From Tubulanus polymorphus (lineage: Eukaryota > Animalia > Nemertea): a stretch of 64,000 nucleotides of DNA. A program made the translations under genes and the position numbers. A model generated the notes under the pieces. That model was not told the DNA's origin. It ran no database searches and saw nothing but the letters and a program-made list of their open reading frames with translations. The DNA lies in the NCBI RefSeq assembly GCF_964204645.1, contig NC_134036.1, positions 5,300,600 to 5,364,599 of the forward strand, given 5' to 3'. Within the stretch, counting starts at the first letter, position 1. The number at the start of each line of letters is the position of its first letter. Positions 22,529 through 35,900 of the stretch are shown here, one piece after another.

Positions 22529-23986
22529 TGATGATTATCTGAGAATTTGATGGTAAAATTTTCCATACATCAAAACATTATGGCTGATTTATTCAGTAAG
22601 GTAGTGATCGCAATTTGAGAAATATACCAATTAATATTGATCCGCAAAATATCTTTCGAAACGACCGTAGGCGCATAGTAGCTGAAATACTTAAGGTTTT
22701 GCGATAGATGGCGCATTGGTATCAAGTAGATCCTCAACAAAAATGCGAGTAACAGGTGACCGCGTACCACGTTACGAAAGGGTTGAATGTATCTTTCATC
22801 ATTATCGTTGAAGATAGACTAAACAGCTAGATAAAAGTTCAAAGGCTATTTTGAAAGACTGAATATGTTTGATGTCGTTTTCAAGAAGTGCGCTCCCGGA
22901 CACTGGTTTAATCCTGATAGTTATGATAGATCGATCCGATATTTTGAATTTCTGGTTCGGTTCGAAACACCGGCTCAGTAGATACGTACGTCCAACCTGT
23001 CCCAGTAGGGAGCCGAATTTAATGGTACTCGATACCACAGTTCGAAACCCGCCTTAGTATAAAGTGCGCACAGCTATTAGTTTATATCCGAAACGTTGTT
23101 TGAATTCATAAAATAAAAGCAAATCTCAATTTGTGTTTAATGTTGTTGTATTTACTGCGTGTTTCATCGGACATTTTTTTTCGATCCAATCAGTTTCTTT
23201 TTCTCTATTCTTTGAAATCGTTAACGCGAACAAGACGATTTCACAAAGCGGTAACCGTTTGATTTGATCCATCGCTGTTCACAAAAACAATTAACACGAA
23301 ACAATTATGCGTACATCCAAATATGAAATTAAATGCGCAATTACAGATTTTTACAAAAAAAGCTCTACAGGTGAAACAGCAGCATCGATACGTGAGTCGT
23401 CGCGATTATCACGGTTTAAGAGTACATTCAATATAGAAATTGTTGAAATTTGCACAAATCAACTACTTAACTGGGTATAAACGGGATATTAGTTGCGTTC
23501 TAAAATGAAAAGTTCTCCCTCAGCAAGGCACTCGTGTGTTACGTGTATTATGAACTTGTTCTTATGTCGGAATATTACGTCAATCTGATTCAATTAGGAG
23601 ACTATATGATTGCTATAATATATCTCATTCTTAGACATTTCTAAATTATCAAATATGTTTTTATCTGGTTAAAAAGGGCGACCTTACGACCGTCAGGGGC
23701 TCGTAATTTAACATGATATTGTGTGTATTGTAAGCCTTTATCTAGGTGGGTTTTACTAAAGATGATAATGTGATAAACTACACCGAAATTGACTAAGTCA
23801 CGGTTTAGGTTCCAGCAATAAAAATACATGAAGCGGGCTAAAATTTTCTAGTAAAAGTTTGTGTTCGTTTTTGCGGAATCCGCGTAGATATTACACGCTA
23901 TCAATAAAACACTAGACATATTTCAGACATCTGCAACGATGTCGACTAATATGGGTGGTCATTCGAAATAAAAAGACACGACTTCA

Positions 23987-24140
23987 GGGGCCGGTTCCTT
24001 AGTTAAATCAGACTACAGACCAGATTAAGTTAACATTAATTCTATAGTCAATCGAAAGACTTTAGAATGAAATGCACATTTAATTGTAAATGCTGTTAAG
24101 ACAAATTTCGGACTTAAGTCTCGAATTTTGAACCGGTGCC
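23987..24140. mobile_element. Older small MITE-like element (copies at ~35081-35237 and ~55866-56020)
   Basis: Imperfect inverted ends ggggccggttc ... gaaccgg(t/c)gcc; carried along in the duplicated spacers. Confidence 0.45.
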
Positions 24141-25461
24141 GTGAGAATAAACTCGATACGTGATCAAAATACATCAGAAATCGTATGCTCACCTCTGCGT
24201 GCGCAAACCACGCGGCACTTGTCGTCTCAAGCTATATAACCACAACAAACCGCTAGTACTTCATATCGCGGGTGAAAATATTCTGCCAAAAACATCATTT
24301 TCCTTCCTCGCATTATGCGTATCAAATCCAGCCTCGAAAATGTCTTCTTTCTCCAATTTCTAATGAGAATTCAACTCTGAAAACGTAATAAAACAGTTCG
24401 CTTTGAGTGATACAATTGATAAAGCTTACAATGCCGATGGTCATTTTTCGAAGGGTTAGTATTTCCTCGAATCAAAGAGACGATTTCTTTTAACTCCAGT
24501 ACAACAAGAATGATCCGTTTAAAACTATCTAAACAGTCCCTGTACTACTATAATCGTTCGCCGTCGGTAGTTAGTAGAGGTATTTAAATGGATAATTACG
24601 TAAGACAAGTTAACCAAAAGAACAGTTCTCTCACAATTTTGACATCACCCGAATGATGACTTTGTTCGACTTCAAAAATTGACTGTCATTAGTATTGTTA
24701 CCTAGAATAAATCATCTATTGATTTCAATACACCTCAGAAGCTAGCGCAGCAAATGGAAAATCAAGTCTTTTATATCGGAAATGGGTTTTGTTTGTAAAA
24801 CAATGAAATTCTTCTTCACGTGCTTTCTATTCTCAATAGGCGACTCTAGAGAGCAGTAAAATATCTTTTTTTCCAATACAAATATGTTCGGCTAGAGCTA
24901 CAAATTATTAATCATATTCCCTCGTCTCAATAAGCATTCCTTATCTATTACATGTTTAAACATAATGTAAAATATATAATGTACTTGTAAACAGTTGTGG
25001 TTAAAAAAAGATAAATAAAGTTCATATAATGATATGTTTTGGTTTAAGCTCCCCAGGAAGTTTTTCATAACACTCTCGCCGTTGAAATACGCATCCGACC
25101 ATTTACATTATGAGTTCATGGACATATTGGATCAATTGAATATGTTAATCAGCACGTTTTATTAAAAGAACTGGCTAATATCTCCTCATGAATTCAGATA
25201 TCGGTATATAACTTTTGAAAAGAACTACGTAGTCGGACAGGTTAGCTATATAATGCGGACGTTCCGGACTATATTACCAGATTTTTACATGCTCTCCACG
25301 AGCCAAGCTTCAAATTTTCCAAGATGTATTTACTTCAATGTGCGTTAGTTTGCATCGGGTAAAACAACGCTTGGTTTTTCTTACCCCAAAGAAAGTACGA
25401 ATCACGTTTTCCATACATGCGCACACTGATATCGTTATAGAAATCTGAATAAATCAACTAA

Positions 25462-25820
25462 CCCCTATTATGGAATACTCTATCTGAATCGATTCAAACT
25501 ATTCAAAGCGAACCTGCCTTTAAGCGTACCTACAATAAATCACTATTCAACACTTTGTAAATTTTCATTCCATACAAACCTATGTTAATGTGTAATATGT
25601 GCAACTTTTTTGTTTCTTTTCGCCTGTTAATTACTTGTGTGCATGATGTGTGAGTGTGATGAATGTGGTGTGGATGCTTCTGGGTGATACGGCTTATATA
25701 GACTGTTTCAGTCTCTCCGTGTAGCCCCATTATCCTGTTACATTTTTCTTCGTCTAATCATACTGATTATATCGTTCAATAATGTAACATCGTAATGAAA
25801 ATAAATTTCAATTTCAATAA
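25462..25820 (+). mobile_element. 5'-truncated LINE (CR1/L2-group) 3' end
   Basis: Insertion relative to the spacer after copy 4 (caactaatttgaccact at ~57237). It begins with PLLWNTLSESIQTIQSEPAFKRTYNKSLFNTL* (25462-25560), matching the 'LWNxLP...FKxxL' C-terminus of CR1/L2 ORF2. A 3'UTR follows with AATAAA and an (aatttc)n tail. Confidence 0.7.
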
Positions 25821-27008
25821 GTTGACCACTCATCAACCGAATTCTGACACGCAAATTCCACGCGCTGTTTCCCTTCCTAGAAGCAAAACATAGTTGAATC
25901 AAATTGGATTCTATTTATCTAATTATTATTTAAAGGAGTTAGCGGTATTGTTCATCCAAAACATTTTTTTGCAATCTGCTAAAACATAATTGAATCGAAT
26001 TGAAATCTAGTTTTCTAATTGTTATTTCACGGATTTAATGGTAGCGTCCATCCAAAACATTTGCAATCTGCTAATATAAGTCATCTGCGTTTAAAAGATA
26101 TGAATTTGAAAGTTTAATATTAATGTAATGTATGCATTAACTAGACTCGGGTTTACAAAAGAACTGCAGCGCACGAAACCAGTGAATGCATGTCATGTTG
26201 AGGGGTACATGATACATAGTGAAAACTGCTGTCGTGTTCAGAAAGCTAGACCGTTTTTACAGTAACTGCCTCGAGGCGTTTGACATCATGCGCCTTGTTG
26301 CAATATCTATTTTGTATCTAACCCATATATTCGATTCTAGAAAATGCTGAGATATGCAGAATATTTCAAATACGCATGACCTATATTTGTAGTTAAGCTA
26401 ACCTTATCGGCTATATATATAGCTTTAGATCTAGCGCAGTATTCAGATTTAGGATAACTTTGAAAGTAAAGAAACTCTCTTTTATGTTTCAATCAATCAC
26501 AAGGTAAGGCATGGAATTCTCTAGAAAATACCTAATGCAGATATTTTAATTTGACCGAACACAATTCTTTTTCATCGCGAAATCGAACATGTACCGTTAA
26601 TTCAGTCCTTTTCAAATTATACAACTCAGGATTGGTGTACATAGATCCAATTTGTGTTGAAAGAAAATCCCAAAGCAATAAATGTGGAAATAAAAAGACG
26701 TTCCTAACATTTCGTGAAAATTCGTCCGAATTCGTTTCACCCACATGAAATGTCTGAAAAGGGTTTAATGATTGTATGAATACAACAGGAGTGAAGAAAC
26801 CAAAACTAGAATTATTGCGAAAACCAAGAATGTCTTTATCTTGTTGTGTTTTCATGGGTTAAATTTGCAACGTACGCATTTTTACTGAAATATTTGAAGC
26901 ATTTTAGACTCGACGGAGCGAATTTTCTGATTGGATGAAATCGCATCGTGCTCCAACCAATAAACGATTCCGTAAAACTTGATGGATTTCGTTCATTCCG
27001 TCGCAGTG

Positions 27009-30000
27009 ATGTTGTTCGGTATGGAGCAGCTACTGAGAGCGCTGTTTATAACGTCGCTGATCGTCTGTCAAGTTCGCATCACGCGCGCTGATCGCGCAGA
27101 CTCTATCGAGGAATCGTCTGTGACGGTAAGTTCGTCTTGTAACGACACGTGGTACCCGCTAGATTCTACGTCCGGTTACATCGTTTCACCGAATTACCCT
27201 TCGTTTACGCGCGGTGTTGAATGTCGTTGGTTCATCAACAGCCTTTTACCTAAGACTTTCAACGTCCAACTTTACCTCGACATCGAGCAGTCAATATTCT
27301 GTAGTGATAACTACCTTCTCGACCAAGAGTCTGATAACAGATTGTGCGGTGATGGAAAACATGAAATCCGCCGTAACGACTCGATCTCGTTGATGTTTAG
27401 AAGTAAAGTCGACGGTGCGCGAGGTAGTCGGGTTTTTGTCACATATCGTTATGAACGAAACCGATTGAGAATCAGTCATAACTGCAGGAAATATAATTGC
27501 GATTTGAATAAATTGCAAACGTCGAAGGGATATAAATACAAAATAAAAAGGCTAGTGGGTTGTCGGTTGTACCTGGAATGGATCGGGATGCCTGATGGTT
27601 TTGCACTTAACTTGACTTTTACAAAATTAGATTACAGAATATCCTCATTCATTGCACCAATAACAGTCAACGACGGATCGAACATCAGCAGTGAACCTAT
27701 AGGTATTATACGAGAACAAACCGGATATCCACCTTCGTCATTTTATACTAAAACAAATAAAGCCATAATCTCGTCGCTACATCGCCCAAGGGTCTTTCTA
27801 GCACAGCTTTTAGTTCAGAAGTACAAAATATCAGATTGGAACGTCTCTAATCCGTTGATTCATATCTCTAATAACGAATCGGGAGTGCTTATACCCGATG
27901 ATAACAGTTTACACGTAATAACTCGATCAAAACACTTACACTGCTGGTCTATCCCAGTGCAGGTGTTACAGTACGTCGTCTTCAACTGGACACGTGATCT
28001 AGTCTCGTCCGGTGACGTCATCGGTGTATATAAACTAGAAGGGTTACGCGTTGTAGGAACTGATATCTTACTCGGATACAACTACCTGGAATCACTGAGT
28101 GTCAAATCTGACGGCTTTCTTGTTGTACTATGCGCTCTGAAAGCAACACTTCACGATAATGTAACATTTGAAATAAACTATAGAAAAGAATTTATTTCGA
28201 TGGAGAATATAAAGGTCTACAACCCTCGGGTGAGTTAAATTCGTGAAATTATTTTACCCCGTATCAAAATAATTTAAGTCAACAAATATGTATGATGCAC
28301 TTAAAATGGGCTTTTTATGTCTAGGTATCGGTGAAAGCAATGTGGTCTATGACGCAGTCCATGCTGTTTCCAAGACGAACAAAGCTCTATTTGAATTATC
28401 GCGTCACTAGATACAAGTTGAAATGGAAAACTGAGATTTATGAGGAGAATATGGAACTAACAGTTTTATCAGAGAACTGCGAGCGAGCTGGATTTTACAT
28501 ATTCGACGGTGGTAATTTCACGGCTAGACGATACGGTCCGTATTGTCCTCGTTTAAAGACATACGACAGTAACGTCGTCAGTTTCATTACGTCAGGTGGA
28601 TCTGTTACTGTAGTAGGATACGCTTATAACTGGGACGATCAGTTAACAGTCGAAACGGCATCGCGCCTCAGATTTCGTACTACCGACTGTGACGGGTATG
28701 TTTTAAAAGAGGGAGAACGTCAGATCAATGTATCGTCTGACTGCGTCTCGATTACACCTGAAAACCGACGCCTTCCTCTAAAAAACATTTACATTTGGTC
28801 CAAACACGGATATGTACTTGATTCTTGTATTATCGATAAAAGATTCGCGACCGATAGATGCATGTTTCGACTGAAACTCCAGTCTACCAATAACGGACTT
28901 GTTTTACAAACGGTGGATTTTAAGCTAGTAAGACCCTTCCGCGTGGAGCCGTTGTTTGTGAAACTACGCCGTGAATGTATGGCCTTGAAAAAGCCCGATA
29001 AGCCTACAGATATGACCGGGCAAACACCGGAATGCGGGTTAGTGCAGTCAATGAACTATCCCGGACCAGAATTCTACGGATCAGTCCGTAGAGAATACAC
29101 TTTAGAATTCAGGACTAATCAGTTACAGATTCGATTTTACAGATTCGTTTTCAAGTACATTCAGGTAATACCCTGCGAGAAATCATCCAGGAGGGGTGCG
29201 GATCCTATTTTGTTCATACAGAATACATATTATTACATAACAACCGTGCGTGTAGAGACTCAACACACAACCACAATATGCGGTAAAATGGCCGTATTGG
29301 GAACTGTATTTTATAGCTTGCATCACAAGATGCACCGGTTTCAGGTGGAAAATAATATACCCACATTTCAAATACAATACACCGTTATACGGTCTTTACT
29401 AGCCACACAGTTTGAAAATGTCTGTAAATCCGGATTTCTAGATTCGGGAATTTCATGCGTAAAATACATCAGAGATGAACGTTTGAATTGGGAGAATGCT
29501 GAATTGTACTGTAGACAGAAGTACGCGGGACATCTACTCAGTATCAACTCACAACAGGAACTGATTCACATTAAGATATTATTCGCTACAAAGTTTCTTC
29601 AAGAGGCATATTCACAGAAAGCGCTCATTATGATGATCGGATTAAAACTGCAGGTAAATTTCAAAACCGTTCGTAAGTTCTATGTTTGTAAATAAAATGT
29701 TAGTTCCGGAAATTTATGCTTTTTTGTTTCGTAGCCCAATACCGATTATTACACGTGGTCAGATGGGAAACCATTAAGCTACACAGAGTGGTATAAACCT
29801 ACAAATAACGACACGATACCAGAAGTTATTCAAGGATTGATATCTCCTCTCAGAAAACAACCGATCAATGACGTCAATATGCCGTGCACAGCGATGATAC
29901 TGAATAATCCACGAGGATCAGCGAACTGGGTTCGATTCCCCTGCAAAATCGAAGAGGTTCACACGAGTTTCATCTGTGAAACAGACATAATCGATATCGA

Positions 30001-32974
30001 AAATAGAACATCTAGCACGATAAATTCAACAAACAATGGCAAATCTTTGATACGGGAAAACATGTCGAAAGAAAGTAGTTGCACGGTTGGATGGTTAGGT
30101 ATGAATAAACAATGCTATCAAATACTGACAGACTGGAACAATCATCGAGGTTTAGATATAAAAACTGCGACAAGGATGTGTCGAGACATCCGGGGTGAAA
30201 TAGGCGCGATAACAGGTTACACAGAAAAGAAAACATTGAACTTGATAAGAACATTTCAATATCAACATCAATATGGTTCTATACTAACGATGACTCCTGA
30301 TGACAGACTGCATGTTATAAACCCAATAATCACTAGAGATGAAATTACCTATATTCAATCAGTCAAATGGACGATGAAACAGTTTGATAATGCGACAGAT
30401 ACAGCGCATTCTGTTTTGTGTTCGTACAATGTAACTGATGAAGAGTTAGCTTCTATAAGCGGTTGTAAATCGTGGCAGTTTAAATGTAACGATCAAAGGT
30501 GTATCAGCGACCATCGCGTATGTGATACCAGACATGACTGTCAGCACGGTGAAGATGAACTCAATTGTACGGATATCAATTTACACAGTCAGTTTCAATG
30601 CAAAGATGGTCAGATTATATCAATAAGTGGATTCTGTGATTTCATACAAGATTGTGCGGATGGTTCCGACGAAAAATCGTGTTTTCATCCCCCGTGTTTG
30701 TCCGGAGAATTCCGCTGTATCAGTGGTCAATGCGTCATCAGGTCAAACAGATGTGACGGTGTTACTAATTGTAAAGACGGATCAGATGAAATCGAATGCA
30801 CTGCTGAAATGTGTCAGGGGTTTCTGTGTAACAGTGGAGACTGTCTTAGTTCTCAGTTGTATCAGGATGGTGTCGTGGATTGTAGTGGAAGCCTCGAAGA
30901 AGATGAATTAGTAACAACTACTAATGTTACAGTGAATCCTACTGTTCGTTGTAATAATGAAAACGACTGCACGACTAACTTCACAAATCTCTGTACAGAA
31001 TCTGATGAACAAAGGTGTTCTTTCGAATCTCCTCATTGTTATTCGAGACGTCACAGATGTATTCTAGAAAGAATGACGAATGGTTTCCCAGTTTGTAGAA
31101 ATCTTGAGCACGTGTTGAGATGTGAAGAATTTGAATGTCCAGCTGGCACTGTCAAATGTCCAGCATCGTACTGTATACCAATCAGAAAGGTGTGCGATGG
31201 TCGATCAGATTGTCTCAATTCAGAAGATGAACAAAACTGTGAGACTCTTTCATGTTCGGGAATGTTTAAATGCGTCAACGAAAACCGATGTATTCCACAA
31301 TCTGAAGTTTGCGATGGCGTCATACATTGTAAACATTCAACTGATGACGAGGCTTTCTGTAACGTGAAATGTCGTGAAGGTTGTTACTGTCAAGGTCATA
31401 TGATCGATTGTAGAAATACCGGTTTAACGAACATTACCGGTCTTTTCTCAGCCTCAACTCGAGTTTTGATTTTATCAAATAATGAATTAACCTTAGAAAC
31501 GTCGACATTCTTTTCATATGTATATTTGCGCATGATCAACATCTCCTTTACCAGATTGTCTTATTTATTACCAAACTCGTTCTCAAACTTGCATAATCTT
31601 CATACATTGGACCTGACATACAACAACATAACATCATTACCCGCAAATACATTCACTGGTCTGTATAGTTTGAGAGAGTTATTCATAACTGAAAATCCGT
31701 TGCGTCAATTAGAGGATGATACATTCCGAGATTTGAAGTCCCTGAAAAATCTCGACCTACACGGACTTAGGTTGTTGGTGCTTGATAGTAATGTATTTCG
31801 AGGTTTATCTACATTACAGTCGTTGAATATCAGCAATAACAGAATCCATCATATTTCGCTTTACGCATTTTCTGGATTAACTTCACTTGAAATTCTTGAT
31901 ATTACCAACAACTACAAAGTTATTTCTGTCGACCGAAATATTTTAATTAATCTTAATTCATTGGTCTCCCTTATTTCTGACGATTACAAATTTTGCTGCA
32001 TGGCTCCAAACATTGACTACTGCCTTCCCGAAGCTGATCAATTTTCCTCATGTTCTGATCTGATGGGTAACACAGTCCTCAGAGCTATCATTTGGGTCAT
32101 CGCTTCATTCAGTTTTATCGCTAACGGAATTGTCATTTCTCTTCGTATTCAAGCGATACGATTTTCCCCCTCAAATCTCTCTTCAGACATCATCATCATT
32201 AATGTTGCTTTGTGTGATTTTATGATGTCTATTTATTTGTTTCTGATCGCTGGAGCCGATTATCTTTATAAAGATGATTACTTTCTCTATTCCGAATCAT
32301 GGACAGACAGTTTGTTTTGTCGTCTTGCTGGGATCACGGTGTCTATTTCATGTGAAGGTTCATTGATGTTTTTGCTCATCATGACACGTCATAGGTTCAC
32401 GAATATCTTTAATCCATTTTCAGGAAGTGCAATTACATCTACGAAATATGTGTGTATTATTTGTTGTACATGTTGGATTGTCTTGTGTGTCATTGTATTA
32501 GTACCTCTCACACCTTTCCCTTACTTTGGAGACAATTTCTACGGCACGACCGGAGTTTGTTTACCGATGAATTTGATTTCAATCGATGTGAATGCCTGGC
32601 AATATTCTTTCGCTATTTTTGCTATGTTTAACTCTGGCATACTTGCAACGATAATGGCGACTTATGCGCAAATGTACAGACTCGTATCTGGAAGCAGGTC
32701 TGTTTCTGGTAGAGTTGATCCTACCGAACTGATTCTGGCGCGCAGGAGTTTGGTGATAAATCTGTGTAATCTATTTTGCTGGCTGCCGTTAATAACCGTT
32801 CAGTTTTGCGCGGTATTTCGGGTGGAAATACCGAATCAGGTGGCGGCTTGGCTGGCGGTTCTTTTCTTACCGATCAACTCGTCCCTCAATCCCCTTCTTT
32901 ACACAATACTGACTATCGATATGAAGTCCATACGAGCAAAAACAAAACGCAGGCAACATCGAACGAATAAATGA
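27009..32974 (+). CDS. GRL101: GRL101-like CUB-CTL-LDLa-LRR GPCR, copy 2 (type B), ~1929 aa
   Basis: Exons 27009-28229, 28325-29653 and 29735-32974; phase-0 GT-AG introns of 95 and 81 nt join the three ORFs in frame; same domain series as copy 1. Confidence 0.9.
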
Positions 32975-35900
32975 AATAGCGCAGAGTGTTTGGTATATAT
33001 CGCCCGTCAAAACGATGTTTCGATCTTATTTCCTGTCGGGGATATTTCATGATAAATCATCATTATATACACTAGACTCCCCCCCCCCTTATTTTTGCGT
33101 TGTTCACTTTTCACCGTTTTTTTTTTCACATGCAATGAATTCGTTACATTTATTACATTCGTTACAATTACTGGATATCATTAACGTGTCAATATATGCA
33201 ATGGATATATGGGGTATTTATCGTTACACACGGGTCACAGCTTTCAATTCGGGTCGCTGTATCTCCTATACACTCAACACTCAATTGAAGCACTCCTGGT
33301 TAAAACTATTTCAGTACTGACCATAAACCCACCGACCGTACTCAGACAGAAATTCTCCGGGTGATTAAACAAAACCGCCGGTAAAGAGATACTGTAAGTG
33401 TTACTAAAGGGGTACTGTACCCACAGTAGGGCACTATAGCTGGTTACAAAAATATATGTTCATGCTTATTATATGGGCACCTTGGTGACCTAAATAATAA
33501 ATTATAAAATGCGAATATCCAACCAATTGCTATACATAGCCTGCTTTTCTTTTCTGCAGTGTGCTCAGGACCCAGTTCCACAGTCGTGAGTTAGAGTTAA
33601 CCCTGATTTAAAGTTAGTTCATTTTCAATGAGTTAAACCAGAGTCAAATCTTAACTCAGAATTGTGGAACTGGGGCCTGATGATTATCTGAGAATTTGAT
33701 GGTAAAATTTCCCATACATCAAAACATTATGGCTGATTTATTCAGTAAGGTAGTGATCGCAATTAGAAAAATATACCAATTAATATTGATCCGCTAAAAT
33801 ATGTTTCGAAACGACCGTAGGTGCATAGCAGCTGAAATACTTAAGGTTTTGCGATAGATGGCGCATTGGTATCAAGTAGATCCTCAACAAAAATGCGAGT
33901 AACAGGTGACCGCGTACCGCGTTACGAAAGGGTTGAATGTACCTTTCATCATTATCGTTGAAGATAGACTAAACAGCTAGATAAAAGTACAAAGGCATAT
34001 TTTGAAAGACTGAATATATTTGATGTCGTTTTCAAGAAGTGTGCCCCCGGACACTGGTTTAATCCTGATAGTTATGATATCTGGATCCGATATTTTGAAT
34101 TTCTGGTTCGGTTCGAAACACTGGCTCAGTAGATACGTACGTCCAACCTGTCCCAGTAGGGAGCCGAATTTACTCCGAGCCGGTACTTGATACCACAGTT
34201 CGAAACCCGCCTTAGTATAAAGTGCGCACAGCTATTAGTTTATACCCGAAACTTTGTATGAATTCATGAAATAAAAGCAAATCTCAATTTATCTTTATTG
34301 TTGTTGTATTTACTGCGTGTTTCATCGGACATTTTTTTCCCATCCAATCAGTTCTTTTTCTCTATTCATTAAAATCATCAACGCGAACAAGACGATTTCA
34401 CTAAGCGGTAACCGTTTGATTTGATCCATCGCTGTTCACAAAAACAATTAACACGAAACAATTATGAATACATCCAAATATAAAATTAAATGGGCAATAA
34501 AAAATAACAGATTTACAAAATAGCTCTATAGGTTAAACTGCAGCATCGTCGCGATCAACGTGGTTTAGGAGTGCATTCAATATATATATATTCAACATGA
34601 AAAGTTCCCGATCAGTAAGGCACATTGTGTGTTACGTGTATTATGAACGTGTTCTTTTGTCGGAATATTACGTCCACCCGTTTCTATAAGGAGACTATGT
34701 CATTGAATATGCCTCATTCTTATAAATTTTGAAATCATCAAATATGCTTTCATCTGTTTAAAAAGGGCGTCCTTACGACAGACAGGCTTTCGTTATTTAA
34801 CATGATATTGTGTGTATTGTAATCCTTTATATAGGCTGACTTGTAAAGATGGCAATATGGTAAACTACATACATATACCTATACCGAAACTAGTAACACA
34901 TTAGGTTCCAGCAATAAAAAGACATGTAGCGGGTTTAAATTTTCTGGTGAAATTTTTTGTTCGATTTCGCGGAATCCGCGTGATATAATACGCTATCGAA
35001 AAAATCACTAGACTTATTTCAGAAATCTGCAGCGATGGCGACTAATTTAGGTAGTTATTCGAGGTAAAAAGACACAACTTCGGGGGCCTGTAACATAGTT
35101 AAAGCGCAGTCTACACACCATTTAAAGTTAACATTAGTTCTAAAGTCAATGGAACGATTTAGAAAAAAATACACATCTAATTGTCAATGCTGTTAAGAAA
35201 ACTTTCGGACTTAATTCTCGACACTGGAACCGGCGCCGTGAGAATATCAGCGATGCGTGATCAAATGTATCAGAAATCGTATGCTCACCTTAGCGTGCGC
35301 AATCCACGCGGCACTAGTCGTATCAAGCTACATCATCGTAACATCAGCCCCGTGGGTGAAAATATTCTGCCACAAAAGTTTCCTTTATTTCCGTATTATC
35401 CATTTGAAGTCCATCCTAGAAAATGTCGTCTTTCTCAAATTCTAACGAGAATTCAATTCTGAAAATGTGATAAAACGGTTCGCTTTGAGTGAAACATTTG
35501 CTTAAAGCCTACGATGCCGTGGTGTTTTTTTTTCAATGCGTTAGTAGTTCTTAGAATCAAAGAGACGATTTATTTTAGCTCTAGCACAGAATTAACTATA
35601 TGTTCACAACTCTCTAATCAGTCCCTATACTACTATACTCGTGTGGTCGGTAGTTGGTAGAGGTCGTTTTAATGGATAATTATATAAGATAAGTCAACCA
35701 AAAGGACTGTTTTTTTTCTCAAAATTCCGACATTACCCGGATGATAGCTTTGTTCGACATCAAAAATTGATTGACAGAGCTTTAGAGTGTGGGAGGTATT
35801 TTCTATTGTCTTGAGTCTGATGAGTGTTGACCAATGGAAAGCGACTACTCACGTAAAGAAGTAGAACAATCTTTGCCAACCCAATGAGGCTCGAGGGTTT

